A stretch of DNA of 64,000 nucleotides. Source: Eledone cirrhosa (lineage: Eukaryota). A program made the position numbers and the translations under genes. The stretch spans positions 122,388,001 through 122,452,000 of the forward strand of contig OZ024745.1 in the NCBI GenBank assembly GCA_964016885.1, in the 5' to 3' direction. Shown here piece after piece: positions 13,501-25,431 of this stretch. Position 1 is the first letter of the stretch. Each line of letters starts with the position of its first letter. The notes under the pieces were generated by a model. That model had not been told where the DNA came from. It saw only the letters and a list, made by a program, of their open reading frames with translations, and searched no databases.

Positions 13501-16500
13501 AATACTTTGTAATTACTCATCTGGCCTTGTGTATTCTGTGTTCAAATTCCACCTCCTTCTCTAAAGAATTACAACCTACAGATACTCTCAGTAATGGAAA
13601 CATAGTTTCCATTGTCTGATCTGACAATTGTTTTTTTTTGTTTTTTTATCTTTGTTAAAACAATTAATCGGTTTGTGCTGATGAAATCTATCTGAACTAT
13701 AAGTTATGAAAGAGTACTATCTTTTTCTTCAGTTAATTTTTTATTCATTTGAATTATCTAGTGTTGGTGTCATGATACATGCTAAAGTGGTAGTGTCAAT
13801 ACCACAATAAAATGCATCCATTACACTCTGTAAAGTGATAATACTGATGCCATGATAAATGCATTCAGTACATTCTGTAAAGTAATTAGCATTAGAAAGG
13901 GGCATCTCATCACAGAAACCATGCCAAAATGTGGAATGTATGAGCAAGATATGGTTCTCCAACCTGTCTATTCTTAAATGGTGATGACCCATCTAATGTA
14001 TGCCAGTACTGAAAGCAGACATAACCCAATGATGATGATGATGATGCTAATGATTATCTAATCCTTTCTTCTGTCTTTATATCTTTCTCTCTCTGATTAT
14101 TTAATCCTTCCTTTTGTCTCTCTCTCTCTCTCTCTCTCCGATAGTTGTATCTATTCTGTTACTCAAAATATTACTATGGGTAGAAGAATTTCTAATGCTA
14201 AGGATTTCCTTTCCTTTCAGAATTAATACTAACAGAGAAAAAATATTGCCAAAAGTTAAAGATTATGCAAAAGGTAGGTCCTCTTCCTTGTTCTTCTTCC
14301 TCCTGAGGGAGTTGTGGGGGCAGAGTCCACAAATACTCCTTCCAGCGGGTCCCGTCAGAAGCAACCATCTCCAACCGATTCAACTGAATCCCCAAGAATG
14401 ACCAGCCAAGCTCATGGATGTTATCCAACCATCTTACTTGGGGTCTACTAAAATGGAAAATAATTAAAACTCAGAAATTGAAATTATTGTTTTGATTCAG
14501 ATATTTAAAGAAATGTTTTCTGTAGTGGGTGTGTATGTGTACATGTATAGTTAGACGTATTTCTATCTGTAAAGTATGAGGTAAAGATCGACTTGTTCTG
14601 ACCCAGAAGAATCTCACAGGAATAATGAATATAAAATTTATTTTGGGAATGGAATGTACCTCATGACTCCTAAAAATTAATAATTTCAGTAAAAAGCTAT
14701 GAAGCCCGGCAGTACCTCTTTATTAAGAACCCTTATTATTTAGAAGAAAGGGTATTGGGTTGGCAGTATTGATATAGCGTCGGACAACATGCTTCATAGT
14801 ATAGAGTTACAGCCCTTTATGGTCTGAGTTCAAATCCCGCTGAGTTTAGATCTGCCTTTCATCCTCACAGGGTCGATAAATAAAGCACCAGTAATTCACT
14901 GGGGTTGATTTCAACCGGCTATATCTGGCCAGAATTCTCTCACCTCCTTCTGTTCAAACTGGCTGTAACCAGCTGCTTATACTGATGTTAAGGTATTGTT
15001 CTCAAAATAAATAACATCAAAATCTCATAGATTTGAAATTATGAGATAAAGCCTTTACCACAAAAATACAATAGTGTATATAGAGTAATAGTAAATGTTA
15101 AAGGGTTAATCGATTTTCACTCTCCCACAAATTGCTGGCCTTGTGCCTAAAATAGAAACAATTATCTAGAAGAAAAAGGAACAATGATACAGATTGATAC
15201 CTATATCGTTTACCTGAAGCAGATATCTGCCAGTCTGCACTGAACATGCTGCTATATGGTGTAGTGGTGGAATATTTTCATATTTTATATATTGTTTAAT
15301 TTGGTCTTTTTTCTTAAATAATTGATTGTGATTTAGGCACAAGGTCAACAATTTGGGGGGAAGAGGAAAGTAAAGTTCATCGACCCCAGTGCGTTACTTG
15401 TGTTTTATTTTATTGACCTTATAAGGATGTAAGGCAAAGTTAAGCTCGGCAGGCTTTGAATACAGAATGTAAAGGGACGTAACTATATGCTGCAAAACAT
15501 TGTCCAATATTCTACTGATACTGCCAATCTTCCGCCCTTCTTCTTTGTCCCCTTATTCTTGAGATGGTCATGGGGGCAGAGTCCTCAAACACTCCCTCCA
15601 GCGGGTCCTGTCAGAAGCAACCATCCCCAAATGATCTGGCTGGATCCCCAAGTGTGACCAGCCAAGCTCATGGATGTTATCCAACCATCCTGCTCGGGGT
15701 CTAACCGCTGGGTCTCCTTCCAGTTGGTTTTGATAAAATAACGTACCAGTAATGCACTGGGGTAATTGCTGGTCTTGTGCCAAAAGTATTAACAATTAAT
15801 ATACACATCCATTTGTTTGTTTTTCCATGCTTGCAATGGTTGGGCTACACACACTTAGTATGTATTGTATAAGTTGTGCTTTCCATAATTTTTGGCAGGG
15901 CTTTTCTGAGTTAAAGGTCTTGTCTACCTTGTATCATGTTTTCTTAGAAGGGTACATTCTCAAGAATAGGTATGCTAGATTAGGCATATTGTATCTCTGT
16001 GGTGCCAGGGAGAGGATTTAGTTGTGAAATACTACCTCAAAAAATGTTGTCCAACCTATGGCAGCATGGAAAAAGAACAATGATAGTTGGGATAAAATAA
16101 TTAATCAAATGTTTGTTAGCTGACTAAAGATGTCTATGTATCATTAGTATCTTTGTACATAATAATAAAAATAGAAGCTTTCGCTGTATTTTTTACTAAA
16201 GAAATTTTTAGCCTGATAGTGGGGTTTAAAACCCTTTAAAAATGGAAAAGGATAAGTATCAATACTCCTCCTTTTCCATTTTTAGAGGATTTCAAACCCC
16301 AGTGCCAGGATAAAAATTTCTTTAGGCAAAAATACTGCAAGAGCTTCTATTTCTACTGGATTTCAAACTTCACTCACTGTTTCAAAACAAACTTACTTTA
16401 TCTTTGTATTTATTTTCAGTGCTTATTTTGTCTCTTTTCTCTCTCTATTTATAAAGCTATTGAGATTTATGATCACATATGCTATTTCATAATTTAAAGA

Positions 16501-18555
16501 TAACACATCTGTGTATCATAATTGGGATAATAGTCACATATGCTGTTTCATAATTTAACATTTAGGAGGCTGAATTTTTTTTATGAATTGCTTCCCTTTG
16601 CACTGTATTATGTTTTAAGGGGGAGGTTACTCTATCGGTGACTTCTGTCACCCACAGTGTCAAGAGGATTAAACAAATGCCACATGAGACAGAAATAAAA
16701 CATTATTGTGAGAGATACAGGAAGCTGAACATTTTTAAAACTGAGGATTAGGGAAGTAACAGGCACCCTTCATTCATGATTGACCATAGTTTTGCCTCAC
16801 TGAGGCACAAGCCTGGGCAAGGTGTTTTGTGGAGGACCAGCAGTTGCCCATGCATACAAGTCTCAAAAGGAAAGGCAAAAGCCAATATAGCTTGGCACCA
16901 GTGTCATTGCAATTCACTTTTTCCAGCTGAGTTTACTAGAGCAATGAGAAATAAAATGTCTTGCTTAAGAACTCGGCATACTGTCCAGTCTGGGAATTGA
17001 TTGAACTGACAACCTTACGACTGTGTGCCGAACATTCTGATCATTAAGCCATATGCCTTCACTGAGGAATATGTGAGAAATAATTGATAATATATCTCAA
17101 CTTTTAGACATGCACGTGTCTTTGTGTTTAGAACTAAATGTTCCAAGTTCAAATTCAGTCTGGCAAAATGTATTAGAATACCAGCCATTGATTGGATATT
17201 GAATCAATAATAATTTGTGAAGGAAAATACAAAATGGAGTTACCATATTTCCTGGCGTCAAAGACGCTCATTTTTCCCTAAAATAAGTCTCAAAAATCTA
17301 CCATGTGTCCTGGAGGCCGAAGGTTGTTTGTTATTTTTTTTTTCAAATTTTCGGTTGTCAAAATTAGGGTGTGTCCTCGAGGATGAAGCATCTTCGGCAC
17401 CGGGAAATACGGTAATAGTTTTAAGACACTTTTATTGTAGATCTAAGTTGCAATAAAGATGTCTATCACAACATATTAGTTTACTTGATATACCTGAGGT
17501 GTTCATATGTGTATTCTCTGGTTTATGTATTTCCTTTTTGTTTTTTATTTGAATTATTCTGATGTTTTTTTGTTGTTATCTTTTGATGTTGTAGATTATC
17601 TATGATGGCCTTCTCAATATAATAGGAGTACCTCAAGAGAATCTCGATGCAATGTTTCCATGTCTGGATGAGCTCCTTGCTATTCACACATCTTTCCTCA
17701 ACAACTTACAACACCTTCAGTCTCTGAATAAAGATAAAATTGTTGATGAAATTGGGAAGACTTTAATTGAACAAGTGAGTCACCAATTGGGCTACAATTC
17801 TTTTTTGTTTATTACAGTTTTGATTTTTTTCTTATAAGTGTTTAGCCAAGGAAGAGTGGTACCCATGGCCCTTTTGAAGGTCTCTCAGAGGGTGGAAGGG
17901 AGAGAAGATATCTTTAAACCAAATATTTGTTTAGGTTCAAAAGGAAGTAGTCAGCCATGTCCTTGAATTTGGCTATCTTCCTCTCCTCCATATTATGAAT
18001 GGCAGTGCCTGGGTTTGTGGCCAAAGCAGCAGGTGTAGAATGTGTCGCATCATGTGGCAGCCCAGATTAGTGATTTACCTCCCTCAAAATGGAAGAGGCT
18101 TATCTTGCTTGGGTACTTTGCATCACCATGGTTGAGGCTGGCAAGCTCCATTATTATTTGTGACATAAATTATAATGTTGATTATATCTCTATACTGCAT
18201 ATAGTTAAAATGATAAATGCATTAAAGTAATTTTTTTAAAAATGCTTGCCTTTCTGTTTTTAACAGTTTGATGGCGAAAGTAGTGAGAAGATGAGAAGTG
18301 TGTATGGCTACTTCTGTTCACATCATAAAGAATCTGTTAACGTCTACAAATATTTGAAGACTGATCGCAGTTTTCTCTCTTTTGTTAAGGTAAGTCAAAA
18401 GATTTCCTTCCATCAGTTCCTTTCATCTGTACTTATTGATTTGAGTATATTTAAATGTAATTATTGGAAGAGAAAATGGTTTCACTCATTTTCTTTGTAA
18501 ATACAGAAATAGAGATTTTTTATTTTTTAAATGGTGGAAAATCTTTCAGAGAGCG

Positions 18556-18598
<43 letters not shown>

Positions 18599-18601
18599 GT
18601 C

Positions 18602-18640
<39 letters not shown>

Positions 18641-21600
18641 ACAGTTTAGTCTCTGTAATTATGTGCTATTTGTTTGGACTGGCATTGAACTTATATTTCA
18701 CACACAGTTCAATAGCTTTTCCCCACTATATGATAAACAAGTAGAACAAATGTTCTCTGTTAGGGATATTTCTATAAGGCCACTAATACATTTTGGGGAC
18801 CCTTTTGAAATATGTGGGTGGCTAAATATAAGTGAGATTGTTAGTTGATGAAACTGCATTACATTAAAAATTCAAGTTTTGCCTTAAATCCAAAGGTATA
18901 AGTTTCATAACGATTTATTTACCAATAAAGATACTATAAACATTTGAATTAACAAACCTGTTTTAGGAATTTTCTGCTAAATTGTTACAGGAGTTAAGGG
19001 GATATTAGTTGATTATATTGACCCTAGTATGTATTTTTTGAAGCCTGGTACTTGTTTTATCAATCTATTTTTGTCAAACTACTAAGTTACAAGACAAACA
19101 TGGATGCATGCATACACACACACACTTAAACAGATATGCAATATGCTCCTACAGTTTCTGTCTACCAAATACTGCTCACAAAGCATTGGTCAATCCTCGG
19201 ATATAGTAGAAGTCACTTGCCCAATGTACCAATGTACCTTGCAATAGGACTGAATCAGGGACCATATGGTTGTGAGACAAACTCCCTAACAACACAGACA
19301 TGCCTGTACCTATATCACAAAACATTTCAATTAATACTCTATCTATATTTTTGTCTATCTCTCTCTCATCAATGCATTAATAAACATGCATACAAATACA
19401 TTAATTCATGTATTTCACCAGTTTTGATAGGAAACAGCATTTTCATCAAAACATTTTAATCCAAAGTAAGTTTCAACCAATCTCTTTTTGCATCAGTTCA
19501 ATGAATTTTTAGGGTTTGATTTGTATATACCAGTGATTCTCAAAGTGGGATGCACACCCACAAAGGGGCAGTTTGAATATTTAAGGGGACTATTTCAAAA
19601 TGATGTTAATGAGAATCTTCAGGTTTTTATCTTATTACTTTTACACCAAGGCAACTTTGGTACACATTACTGTCGGAAATTCCTGTCTCACCTCCTCCTC
19701 CACACATGCTATTGTGAATTTGGCACCACCTACACCAAGGTAACTTTGGTACACATTACTGTCAGAAACTCCTGTCTCACCTCCTCCCTCACCTCCTCCT
19801 CCACACATTGTGTACCTGACACCACCTATACACCAATTTGTTTACACTTTGCAGTTGATCATTGCTGTTTTCATATTAAAGGAGGGGAGCATAACAATTT
19901 TTGTGATATTGAGATGGGGTATGATGTACAAAAGGTTGGGAATCACTACTGTAGACACGATCAGAAGACTATTATATAATTGTTCACTTTTCTTTTTCTT
20001 TATTGATAACTTTTCCAATATTTGCAGCGATGGTCAAGTAATACTTTGTTTGAAAAACGAGAAATTCCTGATTTTCTTCTCATTGTTACTCATCGCCTCA
20101 CAAAATATCCAACATTGATTGAAAGTATTCTCAAAAATACGAAAGGTAAACATTTCATTTTGTAACTCTCTATTTTGTGTTGATGTATATTTTCTTAGTG
20201 TAATTCTGGAGATGGTGGTGGTGGTGGTAGTTATAGTAGTAGCAGTGATGGTGGTAGTGGTTATAGTAGTAATATAGGTGGTGGTGGTGAGTTATAATAG
20301 TAGTAGTGATGGTGGTGGCGATAGTTGTAGTAGTAGTAAAAATGGTGGGGATAGTTGTAGTAGTAGTAGTAGAGGTAGTGCTGGTTATAACAGTTGTGGT
20401 AGTCGTAGACAGCTATTTTACCAAATGTAATAGAAAGGGTTTATCTTCAAGAGCCTCTACAGGGATTCATACTGTTGCATCCAGTACAGCCCCTTTAGTG
20501 TGTACTGGGGGCTTTTTATGGTGACACCTACACAACTACTTTACAGTGTGTACTGGGGGCTTTTTATGGTAACACCAACACAGCCACTTTACAGTGTGTA
20601 CTGGGGGCTTTTTATGGTAACACCTACACAGCCAGTTTAGTGTGTACTGGGGGCTGAGCAGGTGCATGGATGGGGATTAGGGAGGTAGATCTAATGGGAG
20701 GGTGTGGATGAAGGGTGGAGTGTTAGGACATGGGGAGTGTATTGGGGTGCGGGTGGTAAAAGAAAGTAGTATATACTAGATGTATGCTTCAACCTGTGCA
20801 CATGGGTAGGTGAATTTTGTGTATTACTATATATATATATAACTGATTGGGTAGTCTTTAGAGCATTGGATATTTGTTCCGGGTTTCTGTGTTCTGAGGT
20901 CCACTTTGCCTTTCATTCTTAAGGGGTCAATAACGAAAGTACCAGCTGTCACATCATGGATGTTTTGCTGGATTACGGGAGGGTGGGTTGAGGGTGTCTG
21001 TCTGCTCTCAACTACAATCTAAGACCCTTAGCAAAACTATGGTGCATACTACCAAGTCATACTTGATTGTGACTGCTATAGTAGTAGCAGTATATATTTC
21101 CCATTTTCTTTTTTCTACTCTTATTGATCTTTCTATTCTGCTCTCTCTCATTCCATCTTCTGATGAAGGACTAGCGTTTGAAACGTTGAGGCTATTTTCC
21201 TACTGTATCAAGCATTGTATTGTTCTCCTGTTTTTTTTCTTGTTGACCCCTCTCTCTCACTCACACACACACATCTCAAATAATCATCGTCTATTAACCT
21301 TTAGCACGGTGAATTTTTTTATGAATGGCTTCCCTTGACACTGCATTATGTATTAAGGGGAGGTTACTCTATCAGCGACATAATGTACCTAGAGCGCCCA
21401 GAAGATTAATGCATGTTTCCCCTGATATCAATGGAGAGAGAAAGTGATGTGAAATAAAACAGAACAGCTTATAAATGTACCTTTCAAAATGTTTTGTGTT
21501 TCTGAATGTTATCTGAGAGAAAGAGAAAGAACCATTTTATCCATTTATATATGTTTTATTTTATTTATTTATATTGTAGATAAAAAAGAACGTGATAATT

Positions 21601-23748
21601 TGAACGAGGCTTTAGAATTTATCAAACATATTTTAACAAATATAAATTCTCAAGTTGAAGAATATGAACGGGAGCAACATCTTGAAGAAATTATACAGCG
21701 GATTGATCCCCGCTCTTCTACAACATATCGAGGAAGAAAATTTAAGGTAATTTGGTAGTTTTTCATCGATTTATCATCATCAGTTGCAGGTCTGATTTTC
21801 CATGTAGACATGGAGGCACATGGCTTAGTGGTTAGAGCATTGGCCTTGTAATCGAAAGGTTGTGAGTTCAATTCTCAGACCAGGTGATGTGTTGTTTCCT
21901 TGAGCAAGACACTTTATTTAACATTGCTCCAGTTTACTCAGCTGTAGAAATGAGATGATAGGGACTGGGGTCCCTATCATTCCACTGTAAAGTGGTCGTG
22001 GAGGTGCCATGGCAAAAAAGCACCCAGCACTCACTGTAAATGAGGTTGGTGTTAGGAAGGGCATCCAGCTGTAGAAATCAAGCCAGAATCAGTTCCCGTC
22101 CCACCCTTGCAAGCAGGGAAAAGCGGACGTAAAATGAAATGATGATGAAATGATGATGATGATGACATATGTTGGACTGGACATTTTTCACAGTATTCTA
22201 CGGCCTTGGTAGTTATAATGTTTGGCTTCCTGTCATAAAGTTGTGAGTTGGATCCTCAGCAGCGCATTGTCTCCTTGAGCAAGACACTTTGTTTCATTTG
22301 TTCCTGTCTACTTAGCTGAGGAAAAAAATGATTTTTACCTCTGATTCAAATGTTTGTTACACATTGCATGACACTGAATCATCATCATCATCAACATCAT
22401 CGTTTAACGCCCACTTTCCTTGCTAGCAAGGGTTGGACGGGTCTACATAGACCAAGTCTGTACTGAAGCAAGGCGACATCCCAGACAGGCCATCACTCTT
22501 CTTTTCTCTCTTCCTCTCTATCACTCTTCTTTTCTCTCTTCCTCTCTATCACTCTTCCCTTCTCTCTTCCTCTCTATCACTCTTCCCTTCTCTCTTCCTC
22601 TCTATCACTCTTCCCTTCTCTCTTCCTCTCTCTCTTCCTCTCTATCACTCTTCCCTTCTCTCTTCCTCTCTATCACTCTTCCCTTCTCTCTTCCTCTCTA
22701 TCACTCTTCCCTTCTCTCTTCCTCTCTCACTCTTCCTTTCTCTCTTCCTCTCTATCACTCTTCCCTTCTCTCTTCCTCTCTATCACTCTTCCTTTCTCTC
22801 TTCCTCTCTATCACTCTTCCCTTCTCTCTTCCTCTCTCTCTTCCTCTCTATCACTCTTCCCTTCTCTCTTCCTCTCTCTCTTCCTCTCTATCACTCTTCC
22901 CTTCTCTCTTCCTCTCTATCACTCTTCCCTTCTCTCTTCCTCTCTATCACTCTTCCCTTCTCTCTTCCTCTCTCACTCTTCCTTTCTCTCTTCCTCTCTA
23001 TCACTCTTCCCTTCTCTCTTCCTCTCTATCACTCTTCCTTTCTCTCTTCCTCTCTATCACTCTTCCCTTCTCTCTTCCTCTCTCACTCTTCCTTTCTCTC
23101 TTACTCTCTATCACTCTTCCTCTCTATCACTCTTCCCTTCTCTCTTCTTCTCTATCACTCTTCCTTTCTCTCTTCCTCTCTATCACTCTTCCCTTCTCTC
23201 TTCCTCTCTATCACTCTTCCCTTCTCTCTTCCTCTGGAAGACCAGGAGAGGGTTACGGGCCCCACAAGGCATAAAAAGGTACACAACATAGTTACTGTGG
23301 CCTTCCTACAACTCCATCAGGTGAGGTGTTATGGCTACCTACATATCACAAGGTGAATACCTATCTTTAGCTACTTGAAGCAAACAACATTGAAGTCATA
23401 TCTCTAGAGTTAGTTCTCACTGAAACTTACACATGTTTTTCATTTTACATTTGTAGAAAACTGACTTAAGTGTCAATTACCGAAAGTTAATTCATGAGGG
23501 TGAGATTGGTTGGAAAACAACACGTGGTAAAGTTACTGGTAAGGAATACTTCTATCCTGCTCATTTTCCTCTGGTATTTTGTAATGAAAATATAGTAAAG
23601 TAATTAATTGTTATTATATTGCCTTTCATCCTTACAGGGTCGATAAAATAAAGTATCAGTAATACACTGGGATAATTGCTGGCCTTGTGCCAAAAGTAGA
23701 AACAATTATATTAGATTTATCTCATCATGTACTATATATATGTGTCTG

Positions 23749-23798
<50 letters not shown>

Positions 23799-23978
23799 GT
23801 TTCTACTTTAGGCACAAGGCCAGCAATTACCCAGTGCATTACTGGTACCTTATTTTATCGACCCCGTAAGGATGAAAGGCAAAGTCAACCTCGGCGGGAT
23901 TTGAACTCAGATCGTTAAGGGACGTAACTATGCTGGAAAGCATGGCGTCCGACCCTCTACCTATACTGCCAATCCACC

Positions 23979-24025
<47 letters not shown>

Positions 24026-25384
24026 AAAACGATTTGTTATGTCTTCATTACATTTATTGAGTAGTGACGCGCACTTTGCTATTGATCAGCTCATGGTTTG
24101 ATCTGTATCGATCTAGCCTGGCTCTGGAATCAGAAGCTTGTTGGACCTCTGGAAACTATGCATCGAGTGCTCACTCTGGTGAACCTACAGTAACTGGACA
24201 TTACAATCCCTATATGTGTGTGTGTGTGTATATATAAACTCTTTTATCTGTTCCAGTCATCTGGCTGGGGCACCGCCCTTGTTTCTACGCATTCTATCTT
24301 CAGCCTGTGTTGGCTGGCCATTGGTGTAAGAAGGAGTTTGTTGCTGCTGCCCTTATGTTGCCTTTGTACCGTTCTGTGGGCTCATCCGGGATCCTGGATA
24401 GCAGGGTGTCGAGATGTTTCTTGAAAACATCCCCGTCCACACCATGCAGATCTCTCAATTGGTCTTATATGTAGATATTATCATCATCATCATCATCATC
24501 ATTATTGTTTAACGTCTATCTTCCATGCTAGCATGGGTTAGACGGCTCTGTTCCACTTGATGCGGGAATGGTCGGGAGACCATGTCTCGCTTGTACGGAA
24601 GTGTATATATATATATATATGCATTCGGCAACACTGTGTGTATATATATATATATATATGAAAATCCGAAGGCAAGGTAAAATTTCCAATCATTTTAATC
24701 ACGACACATGTTTCAATAAGGGATAGATCGATCGTGAAGCCATGATCAATTATCACTGATCTCATCGGGTGAAAATGAATTGTCTTCAAATTCTTGATAT
24801 GAGGGAGAAAATTAGCAATGTTCACTCATATGAAGATCTAGCAGTCAAAATGCAGCGACTGCTATCAACTTCAGTTAAGGTCATAAAACTATCAAATTTC
24901 TATATCCCAAGAGCTGCAAAAGACGCTGGACATCAATCAAATCTGTAGAAATACAGTCGGTCACAGTTAATGTGAGTGGGTACACACACACACTCAACAC
25001 CTACACACACCGACTTGAAGTCAAAGAAAAAATATATAAATATATATACACACACATCAACACAGTATCAAATCTGTAGAACTATAGATGGTCACAATTA
25101 GTGTGAATTTGAAGACAATTCATTTTCACCTGATGAGATCAGTGATAATTGATCTTGGCTTCACGATCGATCTATCCCTTATTGAAACGCGTGTCGTGAT
25201 TAAAATGATTGGAAATTTTACCTTGCCTTCGGATTTTCATTTTGATACTAATACTCCGTTTTACATCATCTAGCTGTTCCCTTGAATGGAATTGGAGATA
25301 TACAAAAGCGTGGAGAACTTAATATTGCTAACAAAAATTTATTGGACCGTTTTGCACAACCAATAATACACCTTACTATATAAC

Positions 25385-25431
<47 letters not shown>

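Noticed and set aside
22420-23274. 284-aa ORF, the longest in the track
   Set aside because: Translation of a G-free 28-bp minisatellite; stop-free through composition alone
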